Source: Camelus ferus
Taxonomy: Eukaryota
Assembly (NCBI RefSeq): GCF_009834535.1
Contig: NC_045697.1
Span: forward strand, 5,396,001-5,460,000
Length of the DNA stretch: 64,000 nt
Direction of reading: 5' to 3'
A program made the translations under genes and the position numbers. Under the pieces are notes generated by a model, which was not told the origin of the DNA, did not search any database, and was given only the letters and a program-made list of their open reading frames with translations. The number at the start of each line of letters is the position of its first letter. Position 1 is the stretch's first letter. Positions 35,401 through 48,060 of this stretch are shown here, in pieces.

Positions 35401-38022
35401 CCCAGGTTCAGCAGCCCAGACTGTCACTGCATCCACTTTGGTTGGCCTGGCCAAGTCCCTGGAAGGCTGTGTCTCCTCCCTGGGCACCAGGGAGCTGGGG
35501 GTTAAGGGAGGAGCTGTTCCCTGTGTCTGAATCAGTTAAGGGAAGCCCAGAGTCTAGCAGGGCCAATTGCTGGGCAGACCTCTGCTGACTGTAAAGTTGC
35601 TAACATATGTCCCTAAGCCGAACTGCCAGCCGTTTGCCTGGCGCTGGAATGCATGAGCTCCTCCGAGGGCCTGTGGAGTGTGGACAGTAGGACCCCACCT
35701 CCCCCGTCCTGTGAACCTACTGTGTGTCGCGGGCTCATGCACATCATTTTCTTTCATCCTCACAGCGGGCTAGAGAGGTAGATGCTACTATACCCATTTT
35801 CCAGGTAAGGAGACTGAGGCTCAGAAAGGTGGAGGTTGTCTGTGTACACAGCTGGGGGTGGGAAAGATGAGACTGGTTCACACTCGGGCGGACCTGGATT
35901 TAAACTCTGTGCTTATTCTGTGAGATGCTCCCCTAGCCTTGTGGTTGGGAAACATTTATAAACAGTTTCTCATCCCCATCCCTGACACTTCAACGCCCCA
36001 CCCCGGCCCTGTATGTATGGTGGGACCATGTGGCAGTGGCCCTGCTGGATCGCAAGCTCGGTGAGGGCAAGGACTGATCCGATGAACCCCTCTGTTCCTG
36101 TGGTTGTCCAGCAGGACAGCCCTAGAAATGGTGAGTGAGTTAGGCTCCAGGGCTGAGCTGTGGGAGGACGGGGAACACAGGAAGAGAGGAAGTAGGCAGA
36201 GCAAGATGGCAAAAGATATGGAGAGAAAGTCAATAAGAAGGCAAGTCTGCAGGGGAAGTGGGTTGCAATAAAAGCAAGCGAGATAAGAGAAACAAAACGG
36301 AAGGCCCTCCACCAGGGGAGGATCTCAGCCGCCACGGAAGGGCAGACAGAAAAGCAGGGAGCCATCTCGGGAGGTAGTGAGCTCACCGGCCCTGGAGGTG
36401 TGCAAGCAGGTCTGCGTGAACCTGTGACTGGATAGTCCTGGGGAGGGTTGGTGCGTCCCAGAACGGCTGCATAGGACTTCCCCGCTGAGAGCTGGGTTCT
36501 GATCATGATAACCACCCTTCTCTGACCTATAATCACTTTACAGTGTTCTTTCACGATGCTCAAGGCACGCTGAGTGGAAAGAGCCAGAACTGTACGCTGT
36601 ATGCTGCATGCTGCTCTTCTGCATTGAGGTAGGGGCTCTGTCCTTGACCCTGAACTTTCTCAAACCCAGGTGGAGGGCAGCTGTGATTTTGACGAAGGCT
36701 GCATAGCATCATTAGATTAGGTCTAAATTCCTCCATCCTTTTTCCAGCTGAGGAAACGGAAGCATTTAGGGCTGTCTGTGGTCTTGTCCAGGTCTGTCCC
36801 CAGGCTTCTCTCTCTCTACACCCCCATCCAAGCTCCACAGAAGCCTGGGTTAAACCCAGTCGACCCCTCCCCTCCCGGCCCCCGTTGGTCCAGCATTGGA
36901 TGGAAGCTGACCCTAGAACGGGGTGTGACCTTGGACTCCTCTATCCAGCCCAAGTCCAGGTTGAGTTTCCTTCAGCCCAGGAGGTTCCCCAGGAGCCTTG
37001 TAGCCAAGGTTTGTCTTCCAGCAGCTCTGGGATCAGGGCCATGTATCACAGGGTCCACCATGTTGAGCCACCATTTTCTAGCTTTGTGACCTCAGCCGAA
37101 CTGCCTAACCTCTCTGAGCCTCAGTTTCCTCGACCACAAAATAAGCAGCGGTTCTCAAACTTTTTGGTCTCAGGACCCCTTTGTCCTCTTCACAATTATT
37201 GAGGACCCCAAAGAGCCATTGTTTGTGTATATTGCCTGTACTCACATTTAGAAATTAAAACCGAAAATGTTTTAGAGTATTTATTAATTTATTTAAAAGT
37301 AATAACAAATCTCTTGTATATTAACATGAATAACATATTTTTAATTTCCAAAAAACAGTGAAAAGAGTGGCATTGTCTTATATTTCTGCAGCTCTCTATA
37401 CTGTTCTGTTTAATAGAAGACCCCCAAATACTTACAGTGACTTCTGCATTCAGTATGTTGCAATACGTTGTTTGCTTGCAGTATAGGAAGAAAATCTGGC
37501 CTCACAGACAATTTGTAGAAAAAGGAGGAATATTTTCGTAGACTTTTTAGATCATTTCTTGATACTACACTAAACTTGACAAGTGGTAGTATTTTAAGAA
37601 TTAGTTGGGATACAAAATCAGAAAACATACTGAGGAATTTTTTGTTTTCTGTTCCACTAACATCCCTTGGTCTATCAAGCGCTTTGATTGGATCTTTATA
37701 GCTGAGTGTGATTTTGAAACCTCACGCACTGGTCATCTATAAAATGCCAGATCACTGACTTGTGAGAGCTTCCAAATGTTGACACATTAAATTGCATAAC
37801 ATCAAAAAGTCACCTCCATCAGTCTCATCACCAAGTCTTTCTTATCACTGGCGAAGAAGTCTTTCAGTAGCAGGGAGCAAGCTCACAACGGGAGACTCCA
37901 GTTTCCCCAAACTCTAAATTGTGTCAAAAGGGCAAATCTTCTCATTGGTGACAAATACTGTTAGTTGCTTACTCTGCAGCTGAAAGGCTCGCTTCATTCA
38001 TTTTCAAAAACTATCTGCCCCA

Positions 38023-38185
38023 GGGGGTGGGTGTAGCTCAGTGGCAGAGCACGACGTGCTTAGCATGCCTGAGGTTCTGAGTTCAATCCCCAGCACCTCC
38101 TCTAAAAAAAAAATAATAATAAATAAAACTAATTATCTCCCCCCAAGAAGAAAGAAAAATAAGAAAAACAATAATTAAAAAAAAA
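38023..38185 (+). mobile_element. tRNA-derived SINE (camelid-type), long-tail form
   Basis: gggggtgggtgtagctcagtggcagagc...cttagcatgcctgaggttctgagttcaatccccagcacctcc + A-rich tail; flanked by t(c/t)tgcccca on both sides. Confidence 0.92.
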
Positions 38186-38665
38186 GTTTGCCCCAAGTCC
38201 AAGTCTGCATGACCATCGTTGGCCTGTCTGTCACTCTTTTCGACTGAAAATGGTGCTTCGTGAAAAAACTCCAACTGCCTGGCTTCTTTTTCTCCAGGCA
38301 GTCATCGTACTTCAGCCCGCAGCAGAAGTGCCTTGTGGTACTTCCCATAGAGTCACACAGAATGCTAAAAAGATGTGTGCTTGAGGGTTGAAATTTAATA
38401 AAATTAGTTAATTTTATCTTTTTTTTTTTTTTTTTTTTTTACTGTGAGTGCACAGCAGAAAGCAGTGCAATGACTATTAGCAGAGTTTGGGGCCGGCGCC
38501 TCCGTTCCAGGGGAGGGACCGGTTTCGCTCATCGTTGGCTCTGCAGCATCAGTAAAGTGTCCACTCAGTGAGAGACACCCTAGTGTGAGCAGTCACATGA
38601 CTGTTAGGGCACCAGACGGTGTCAGCACCACTAACGCTACTCTCAGTATACAGTACAAACAGTCG

Positions 38666-38756
38666 CGGCGGGGAGGGTAGAGCTCGGTGGTAGAGCGTGT
38701 GCTCAACATGCGTAAGGTCCTGGGTTCGATCCCCAGTACCTCATTAAAAAAAAAAA
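38666..38756 (+). mobile_element. tRNA-derived SINE (camelid-type), short form
   Basis: ggggagggtagagctcggtggtagagcgtgtgctcaacatgcgtaaggtcctgggttcgatccccagtacctcatt(A)n; probable TSD aaacagtcg / aaatagttg. Confidence 0.92.
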
Positions 38757-39070
38757 TAGTTGTTACCTCCAAGACCTCAGGGAACCCCCAGAGGTCTGTG
38801 GGCCATTCTTTGAGAATCTCTGACATGAAAAAAATAATTGAATATACCATCTGAAATCATGTGGACCCGAGGTAGAAGCCCAGGACCGTCCTGTGTGACA
38901 CTGAGCTGCTCGCTTAACGTCTCTGCGCTTCAGTCTCCTCATTCATAAAATGAGGGTTATGTGACCTGTCTCACAGGTTTGTCTTGTGACTTAGATGAAA
39001 CGATGTCTATGAAAGTTCTTCATAAAGTCTCTGGCACATAGTAGGTGCTTTATAAATACATCTTCCCTTG

Positions 39071-39467
39071 TGGTATGTACTGAACTGTGTCCCCCAGAAT
39101 TCCTATGTTGAAGCCCCAACCGCCAGTGTGACTGTACGTGGAGGTAGGGCCTTTATGGAGGTAATTAAGGTTAAAAGAGGTCATAAGGGTGGGGCCCTAA
39201 TCTGACAGGACTGGTGTCCTTATAAGAAGAGGAAGAGATCCCAGGGATCTGCCCCCACTGTCCCCTTCCCAGCAAGCACAGAAGAAAGGCCATGTGAGGA
39301 CACAGTGAGAAGGCAGCCGTCTACAGCCAGGAAGGGAGCTCTCATCAGAAGTGTGCTGGCACCTTGTTCATCGACCTCTGGCCTCCAGAACCGTGAGAAA
39401 ATAAATGTCTGTTGTTGAAGCCCCCGTCTCTTGTATTTTGTTATGGCAGCCCGAGCAGGCTGAGACA
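39071..39467 (+). mobile_element. MaLR LTR (MLT1A/B-like)
   Basis: tggtatgtactgaactgtgtcccccagaattcctatgttgaag...ggaggtaattaaggttaaa...ttgttatggcagcccgagcaggctgagaca. Confidence 0.9.
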
Positions 39468-39879
39468 ACCTCCCCACACCCTTCTCCTCCCAAGGCCCTT
39501 GGATTGTTGGTTTATATGGTTTGACAGTCTTTTCTTGGCTGGAAAGGACTGGGCATGAGCAGATAATATTAGTGTTAGAAACTCCTTTCCCAGACAGCTC
39601 CTGGGCACAGCTCCCAGCCTCAAGGATCATGGCTTGACGGAGATTTCTGATGAGAACATTCCAAGATGCCAGTGGAAAACCTGATGCTGGGTATTTGGAA
39701 ACCATATTGGGAAGAAAGCAATTTTCTGGTTTGTTTTCTAAAACAATAAACAATGGAAAGAATGCCAGGGTGGTAGTTTAACTACCACAAGTCAGAGGAA
39801 ATCAGCTTCAAGTCTGAAAGCCATCAAGCAGACTCACCAAGGCAGATCTGTCACGTGGGGACACCAGCGGCCCATCTGC

Positions 39880-40145
39880 CACTGCTGCTGGTGGTGGTGG
39901 CGACGACGGCAACGACCGTGGTGATGAAGATGATGCTGATGCCGACTGTGATGCCAGCGAGGATGATGTCGACGGTGACGGTGACGGTGGCGGTGGTGGT
40001 GGTGGTGATGCCTGATGATGACAACAGTGACCACTGTGACATGAAGATGCTGATGCTGACTGTTATGGCAGCGGAAATGGTGCCGGTGATGTCAGTGGTA
40101 ACTAGAGAGAGGATGATGGTAATGATGGCGATGATGATGGTGACA
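39880..40145. repeat. (GAT/GGT/GAC)n degenerate trinucleotide repeat
   Basis: gtggtggtggcgacgacggc...gatgatgctgatg...gatgatgatggtg. Confidence 0.85.
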
Positions 40146-42042
40146 CTAAAACAACTATTACTTTTTTGAGCATCAACGATATGCAGGGAACAGTGCTGAG
40201 TGCTTTACATGTGTCATCTTATTAGATGAGAGGTGATACCTGAGAGATAGAAGTATTAAACCCACTTTGAAGATAATAAAACTGAGCCCAGAAAGGCTGA
40301 GTAACTGGCCCAAGGGCACACAGCTTGTAAGTGGCCCAGCCGGGACATGACCTCAGGTCTGTCCTCCGAGGCTCTGTCTGGCTTCAGGAGCTTGGGGCTG
40401 ACGGGCAGGTGTATGGCCTCTTTGGAATTGCCTACTGGTTTGACTTCCAGAATCCAAGGGCCCCCTTGGGGAGCCACGAGAGGGAAGCAGTTTGGCTTTG
40501 AAGACAAGCTGGGTGTTTGGGCCTCACTGTGCCTTCTTGCTTAGCCCCTGCTGCCCTCTCCTTGCACCCCATCCGGCCCAAAGCCAGCTTTCTGAGATGG
40601 TCTCAGCCAGATGCTGACTGCAGCCTACTCAAGTGGGGCAGACTTGCCAGAGTGGGGGCCAAGAGGATCTCAGGGGCTGGGTGTCTGCGTGGGAGGTCCA
40701 CTGTGGGGGCTCAGCTGAGAGCAGGCATGGAGACGGGCAAGGAGGGGACGTGGGCTGTGGCACCTGCCGTCTGGTTGGACCCCCGCCCTGGCTCTGGGAG
40801 ACAGGTGTTTCTGAAAGGGACTGAGGCTCGGAGAGATCGAAGCTCCTGCCCAAGTTTTTCACAACTAGAGAAAGGAGGAGCTAGAGTTGGAACCGGGTCC
40901 CTGGAACTCTCAAGCTGAGGCCTTCCCACCATGCCGCATCGCTTCTCTTATGCTTGGAGAGGTCAAATTTTTCTGGACAATAGTCCCCAGAGATAGAGAC
41001 GAGAAGAGGAAGTGTCTAACCTCAAACTTCATGTGGGCAGGTGGCAGGCAGGAGCTGACCTCTCACTCTGTCCCTGGCCTTGGACCAGGCTCCTGGCTCC
41101 TCCCACAGCCTCCAGAGGCAAGGGAGACAGGATTACTATGCTTTTGTGACTGATGGAAATTGGATGCTCAGAGAGCTCAAGTGACTGGGCAAGGTCACAC
41201 AGCACCTATGTGGTCCTGCTGGGGGTGCAGGGGCTGCTCTGTTCTAAGTGCCACGTGTTGATCTGCCCAGTCCTCTCAACAACCCCATATGATGGTTATT
41301 ATTGCTGTCGAAGCACAGAGAGCTTAGATGACACACCAGAAGTGGGGCCTGGGGTTGAATCCAGGCAGCCGTGCCCCAGGGTCTGTGCCCCTTCTCTTTG
41401 CTTGTCTGTCCCTCTGCCTTCTTTGATCAGTCCTATGGGCCCTTATCGGCAGTGATGAACCTACCCTTTTATTTCCTGTACACAATTCTATTTTGCAATG
41501 GGGATGTTGAAGCACAGAAAGGTTAAGCAAAGGTCACCTAACTCGTGAGAGGCAGAGCTTGGATTTGAACCTAGTCCAGTTTCGGGCCGTGCAGCCTCCT
41601 ATGACTAGAAGGGCTCCGTGGGCCCCGACGTACTGCCCCGCCCACCTCTCTGGCCTTGATCTCTACCACACTCCTCTTCTCTCTGCAAGCCAGGCACTGT
41701 TGTTGCTGCCTCAGGGCCTTTGCACTTGTGTTCTTGCTCAGGGCCTCTGCCTGAAATGAGCTTCCTCTGCCCTCGGCTCATGTCACCTTCTCACAGAGGC
41801 CTTCTCTGATCCACAAGTGCCTCCCAGCCCCTCTGGAGTCCTCTATGCCGCAGACCCTGCTCCACCCTGTTGTCACCACCTGAAGGCATCTTGCCTCTTT
41901 GCTGATGTAAGGGCTGTCTGTGTCTACCCTTCACCGGGGCAGGTCTGTCTTATCCATTCAGGAATCCCCAGAGACCATGCTCTGCCAGGCACATAGAAGG
42001 GGCTCAATCAGCATTTGTCCAGTGGATGCTAAATTTGGGGAA

Positions 42043-42390
42043 TGCTGTGGTCTGACTGTGTGTCCCCCAGATTCCTATGTTGAAATCCTGACCCCCAAGG
42101 TGATGGCATTAAGAGGTGGGGGCTTTGGACAGAGCCTTCGTGAGTGGGATTACTGCCTTATAAAGAGGACCCCAAAGAGCTCCCCGCTCCTTCTGCCGTG
42201 GGAGGTTGCAGGGAGGAGGTGGCTGTCAGTGAGGAAGCAGGTTCCCTCCAGACGTCGAATCTGCCGACGCCAAAGCCATGATCTCAGACCTCCAGCCTCC
42301 AGACCTGCAAGTTTCTAAGTTTCTAAGTTTGCCGTTTCTAAGCCACCCTGTCTCTGGTATCTGTTAAAGGAGCCTGAATGGTCTGAGATA
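42043..42390 (+). mobile_element. MaLR LTR (MLT1A-like)
   Basis: tgctgtggtctgactgtgtgtcccccagattcctatgttgaaatcctgacccccaaggtgatggcattaagaggtggg...gagcctgaatggtctgagata. Confidence 0.85.
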
Positions 42391-42450
42391 GGAAGGTGTC
42401 CCTGTCCCCATTTCACAGGTGAGGGACTGAGGCTCCAGCAGAGAAATGCC

Positions 42451-42525
42451 TGGGTGATCAGTGGACCCAATTTACCTGAGTCTTTCCCAGTTTTCACCCT
42501 GAAAACCAGGATGGTTGGTCCCCCT
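42451..42525. mobile_element. MER81-like hAT-Blackjack MITE (internally deleted)
   Basis: tgggtgatca...ccagttttcaccctgaaa...ccaggatggttggtcccc; termini resemble TAGGGTGACC...GGTCACCCTA. Confidence 0.5.
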
Positions 42526-43064
42526 CTCTCACCTTCCCTGCTAATGCACCCAGCTGACTGGGCCTGGTCCATCAGGCCCCATCCAGCCCCACCAGGGAGG
42601 AAGGCCTGGAACAGCAAGGGAACAGCACACACGACTGTCTAAGCTCGGAGGTGGAAAAAAAGAAAAAGTAAATAAGACCTCCATCACCACCACCACCACC
42701 ACCACCAGGTAGCCCCCTGTCCTGCTCAGCAACAGTCCAGCCCCTTCCCCAAACCACGTGAAGCCACCTCTCCTGCCATCCCCTGACACTGGGAGGTGCT
42801 GAGGCCCTGGGGGTTGGCTCTGTGGGCAGAAGTTTACATAGCTCAAGAGGCAGGTGACTGAGACCAGCCAGGGGGTCCTCCCACTGAGCACACCCCTACG
42901 TGCACACACACCTAAGCACATGCAGGCATCTGGTTTTGAGTTTATGTAACACGCATGCTTTACCCATACAGCTCTGGGGCGCATCTCAAGGATGAGGCCC
43001 TGCGAACATCTGCCTGCTGGGGAAACCAAGGTGCAGAGAAGGGAAGGGGAGAGGACCTGACATG

Positions 43065-43150
43065 TAGGGTGACCAACTGGTCCCCAGCACCCTGGCCTTA
43101 GCGTCCTGGGAACCCCTCAGTCCCAGGCAAACTAGGATAGCTAGGAGCCT
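43065..43150. mobile_element. MER81-like hAT-Blackjack MITE
   Basis: tagggtgaccaact...gcgtcctgggaacccctcagtcccaggcaaactaggatag. Confidence 0.7.
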
Positions 43151-43699
43151 GTTCCCCATCTTGACAGTGAGAAGCATGGTGCCAGGAGCCTCAACTCTAC
43201 CATTTCACGTCATTCTCACACCAAAACTCTTTATAGGCGCTATTCTTCCCATTTTACAGCTGAGGAAACCAAGGCTCAGTTCCGTCCTCTGCTCAGAAAT
43301 ATAAGTAATGAAACCAGAATTAGAATCCAGGTCTTTGGGCTGGGTGACCTTGAGGCTTTCCACAAAGACAAAATGCCCCCAAAGGCATCGATTTCCTGAG
43401 GATTTACAGTTCCATTTTGTGAAAAGGGTAAGTCAAGCCACTTTTCATTTGGAAATTGCTTGTCAACGCTGTTCTTCTGAAAGAGAACTTGTCTGACAGG
43501 GGCATACATCAGAAGAGAGACTCCACACCCCAGGAGTGGTGGAGCCACAGCTCCGCCTTAAAGACCCTCGGGTGGCCAAGCGTCAGGTGGCGGGCACCTG
43601 TGACTGCAGGACCCTCCAGTTCCGTGGGTGGCGGGCATCCCTGGGGCTGTGCCCAGGGTGGCTTGCTGCAGTCTAAGCCCCTGAAGGCCACACACCATT

Positions 43700-44020
43700 A
43701 TCCCTGGGTGAGGTTTCCCCATTCACAGGCCTTAAGAGAACTTCGCAGCCCTCCTGGGACCTGGGAGCCATGTAAAGAAGTTCAGCCTGGTCTACTGGGT
43801 GGGGAGAGACCATGCAGAGAGGATGAGGCCCCAGGCACCCCAGACACAGAAGTGAGGCCATCTGGAACGCGCCAGCCAGCCGAGCTCCCAGCTCAGTGCG
43901 GCCACGTGAGCAGAAGAGCCACCCGGCTGAGCCCAGCCGACCCACAGGACCACGAGCTGTAATAAATCCTTGCCGTCTGAGGTCTCTATGTTATGAAATG
44001 ACAACCAATAATGGAAACAC
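43700..44020 (+). mobile_element. MaLR LTR 3' part (MLT1F/G/H-like)
   Basis: gagccatgtaaagaag...ggagagaccatg...ccacccggctgagcccagcc...aataaatcc...aataatggaaaca. Confidence 0.65.
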
Positions 44021-45631
44021 TCCTCCAGTGCTTCTGTGTGCATTTCCTAAGGACAAGGACACCCTATAGCCACTGTGCAGTTGTCAGAGCTAGGGAGTCA
44101 GCACTGGCACAGTATTACTGTCTAATCCACGGTCCTTATTCAAAGTTCACCAGTTGTCCCGATAATGCCCTTTTTAGCACTTTTTCTCTCCAGTTCAGGA
44201 TCCTTTAGACAAACTTGGCTAAGAGTGTCACACACAACTGCAGAACAGTAGGACTGTCAGATATGAAAGATATCACCCATCTGAGCAAAGGGACCAGGGA
44301 TTGGCCATCCCCCAAGTCCAATCCCAGCCCTGGGCGGGGAAGCCCCGGTAAAGTGGAGGGAATTCACTTTTCAGACTTTCAGAGCTGGGTTTCACCCCCA
44401 ACTCGCCCTGTGACCCTGCACAGGGGACCCACCCCCAGAGCCTCGGTTTCCCACCTGCAGAAATAACCCCTTCCCTCCCAGAGTAGTCCTCGTGGGCCCA
44501 CCTCAGGCAGAGCTCGCCAGGAGGCGGGTGTCCAATTGGTAGAGGTTTCCTCCTTACTTTCCAACAAAATGTACATTTTATGGGTGAGCAACATACATTT
44601 TGGCTCAAGAAAGGTTCCATGTCCACAAGATGGAAAAACAAATGTCGTTTTAAAGAACACTGTGCATTCCAGGGACCACACTGGCTTCCCTGTCTAAATG
44701 TACTATGCTAGGTCCCAGTGATCATCAGCCCACCACCCCCAGAAACATCCACTGACCAAAATGCAATCCCATCAGCGGTTTGAGAGAGACACTCAGGTCC
44801 AAGTGGCCTGTGCCAACTCTTCCAGAAAATAGCCTGACAGATGCTGCTGCTCTTGGAACCTGACTTAACACTGCTTGTGGTCCACTCTCCCTTCCCTGAT
44901 CTTTATCCCTGAATTTCTGCCTATAAATCCACTTTGGGATTTGGCCTCCCTGTCTGTCCATCTCCTACACGGTGCCCTACAGAACTCATAAAGGAATCCA
45001 TACAGCGCCCACCACGCAGCAGGGGGCTGAGGGAGTAATTCCACAGCCCACCCTTGAGAGCAGGGCCCTTAGTTAAAATAAAAGACCTGGTCTTTTCATC
45101 AATGGTGATTACCAAGAGAACCCCTGGGGATGGAATCGGAGGCTCCCAAAATGTTGTCTCAAGGCACGCCGCCCAAGAGGCAACTGGGAGGATGGGTGGG
45201 CGTGGCCATGGCTGGGTGGTCCTCCCACGGGACCTCGTCCTCACCAGCCACACCCACCCCTGCTCAATAGGTGTGACTTCAAGGCTCAGAGAGCTTGCAG
45301 GCCTGACCTGAAGTCAGAGTGCTAGATTTACACCCGGGTTTGCCTGGCACGGAGGCCAGGTCTATGCCTCAGGTGGCTTCTCATTTGTGCTTCAGCATGT
45401 GGGCAGTGGAGCTGGACTGCCTGGGTTCAAATCCCAGCTCCGCTCCTCCCTGTATGACCTTGCGCCCTCAGTTTCCCCACCTGCAAAATCACAACAACAG
45501 TGATAGCTTCATGATCCAGTCGCTGTAAAGGGATTAAAACAGGGCTTGCCCTACAGTGAGTGCCGTGCTATCACCTCATCTCGTCCTGAACCGTTACAAA
45601 TGTCCTAGCTTCATTAGACATAAACAGCGTG

Positions 45632-46420
45632 TTATTATTGTTATGGAGGTGAAATTCACAATGCATGAAATTAACCATTTTAAGCTGGACGATTCAGTGG
45701 CGTTGAGTGCTTTCACGATGTTCTGCAACCATCCCCACCATCAAGGTCCAAAACATTTCCATCAGCCCAGAGGGAAATCCTGTACTCATGAACCAGCCAC
45801 TCTTCACTTTCTCCTGCCTCCAGCCTCTGGCAACCACTCATCTGCCTTCTATTTCTATGAATTTGCCTCTTCTAGACATTTCACGTAAGTGCCATCACAG
45901 AACACTTGTCCTTTTGTGTTTGGCTTCCGTCACTTAGCATCGTGTTTGAAAGTTCATCCACATGTAGCATGTATCAGTGCTTCATTCTTTTTTCTGGCCG
46001 AATAATATTCCATCGCATGAATATGTGTACCTGTGTGTGTGTGTGCACGTGCACATATGCAGATCTCACATTCTGTTAATCCATTCATTTATCAGTTGAT
46101 GGACATTTGGGTTGTTCCCATCTCTTGCCTATTGTGAATCACGTTGCTGTGAACACTTATGTACAAGTTTTTGTGTAGACATCTGTTTTCCCTTCTCTTG
46201 GGTGTATACTTAGGAGTGAAGTTTCTGGGTCATACAGTAATTCTGTGTATAAGTTTTTGAGACATCACCAAACTGTTTTCCATAGTAGTTGCACCATTTT
46301 CCACTCCCTGCAGCAATCACAAAGTTTCCGATTTCTCCACATCCTCGCCAACACTTGTCATTCTCCATTTGTTAATTATAGCCACCCTAGAGGGGTGTGA
46401 AGGGGTAACCATGTGGTTTT
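45632..46420 (-). mobile_element. Old L1 (L1MB-like) 3' fragment
   Basis: gaggtgaaattcaca...attaaccattttaag...cctctggcaaccactcatctgc...gttgatggacatttgggttg...ccacatcctcgccaacacttg. Confidence 0.88.
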
Positions 46421-46512
46421 CAAATGAAGCTAAAAAGTGACTTTTTTTTAACTCAAGAATTGACCCCTCTGCTTTGATCCTCTGGGAGCTCAACAAGATT
46501 TAAACTCTTGTT

Positions 46513-46549
46513 TAGATGAGGATGGACTGTAGATGAGGATGGACTGTAG
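46513..46549. repeat. Perfect 17-bp tandem duplication
   Basis: tagatgaggatggactg at 46513-46529 and 46530-46546. Confidence 0.95.
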
Positions 46550-46733
46550 CCGAGGATTTCCCCCACCATAGGACCCAGCTGGTCTGGATAAGCGTTTCCT
46601 ACATGAGTCAGAACAGCAGGGAGAAGAGGCCTAAGAGGTGCTGCCACTAGAATGGGATCATCCAGAGCCTTCCTGATCCCAGAGTGAGGAAAGGCAGGTC
46701 ATTTGGATGGAACTGCCTCCACCTGGAGTTTTT

Positions 46734-47482
46734 TTTTTTTTCTTTTCTTTTCTCTTCTTTTCTATTGTTGTATGGTTGATGTACAATGCTGTGACAGTTT
46801 CTGGTGTACAGCATAGTGATCCAGTATATATATTCCTTCTCATATTCTTTTTCATTATAGGCTATTACGAGATATAGAATATAGTTCCCTGTGCTATACA
46901 GTAGGACCTTGTTGTTTATCTATGTTATGTATAGAGGTTAGTATCTACAAATATCAACCGCCTAATTTATTCCTCCCCACCCACTTTCCCCCTGATAATT
47001 ACAAGTTTGTTTTCTATGTCTGTGAGTCTGTCTCTGTTTTGTAAATAAGTTCATTTGTGTCCTTTTTTTTCTTAGATTCCACATTTAAGTGATATAATAT
47101 GGTATTTTTCTTTATCTGTCTGACTTACTTCACTAAGTATGATGATCTCTAGGTCCATCCATGTTGTTGCAAATGGCATTATGTCATTCTTTTTTATGGC
47201 TGAGTAGTATTCCATCATGTAAATATACCACCATCTTCTTTATCCGGTCATCTGGACATTTAGGTTGCTTCCATGTCTTGATTATCATAAATAATGCTGC
47301 TGTGAACATTGGGGTGCATGTATCTTTTCAAATTAGAGTTTCTTCTGGATATATGCCCAAGAGTGGAATTTCTAGCTCATATGGTAAGCCTATTTTTAGT
47401 TTTTTAAGGAATCTCCATGCTGTTTTCCATACTGGCTGCACCAAATTACATTCCCACCAACAGTGTAGGAGGGCTCCCTTTT
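46734..47482 (-). mobile_element. 5'-truncated LINE-1 (ORF2 end + 3'UTR) with TSD
   Basis: Poly-T, then the L1 3'UTR and ORF2 end through cattcccaccaacagtgtaggagggctcccttt. TSD tggagttttt at 46724-46733 and 47483-47492. Confidence 0.92.
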
Positions 47483-48060
47483 TGGAGTTTTTCTTCTTAC
47501 ACGTGGAAGCTGGTACACTGTTGAGAGGGATCCAGCCCCACTGATCAGTTCAGCACTTTGGGGCTGTCATGTTAATGTCCGAAGGAGAGCCCCCAGCCCT
47601 CCTGGCCACCGACAAGCTCTCGAGCCAGATCAGAAACAATGGAAAGTCCCTTCCTGCTGCATTATAGGGTTTTCCAGCCACCATCACTGCCCCAAGCAGG
47701 CCCCAGAAATCTCTGTGGCCACGTGGAGCACTCTAGGCCCCTGTGTTTCTGTTTCAACCACTTGTCTATTTCTCACTGTCCCTGCTTTTGCTCAGGTTAT
47801 AGGCATGCTCTGCCCAGAACACCCTTCCCCACCTGCTTTATCCAGCCTGCTTCTCCAGATCTGTGAGGTTCAGTTCAGCACACTGCCTCCAGGAAGCCCT
47901 CTCTGATGCCCCGCCTGGATCTAGGAACCCCTTCTCTGTCATGGCACTCTTTATCTTGTACTGAGCACTTTCTATTTCAGCAGCCTCCTCCACTGGGCTG
48001 TGAGTTCTTTAAGCAGGAACTGCGGGTTCATCTTGGGGTCTCTAGCACCCCTCAAAGCTA

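Larger units (their letters stand above)
37146..38822 (+). mobile_element. Near full-length Charlie1-type (Charlie1a-like) hAT DNA transposon, non-coding relic
   Basis: 5' end cagcggttctcaaactttttggtctcaggacccctt...attgaggaccccaaagagc; 3' end ...gggccattctttgagaatctctg, forming terminal inverted repeats. About 1.4 kb after removing two SINEs. Confidence 0.88.

Noticed and set aside
38666..38745. tRNA-like sequence
   Set aside because: Followed by poly-A, flanked by a TSD and present in several diverged copies, so a SINE rather than a tRNA gene.
39834..40169. His/Arg-rich and Met/Val-rich ORFs
   Set aside because: Products of a degenerate trinucleotide repeat.
47161..47544. 127-aa ORF
   Set aside because: Antisense reading of an L1 ORF2 remnant.
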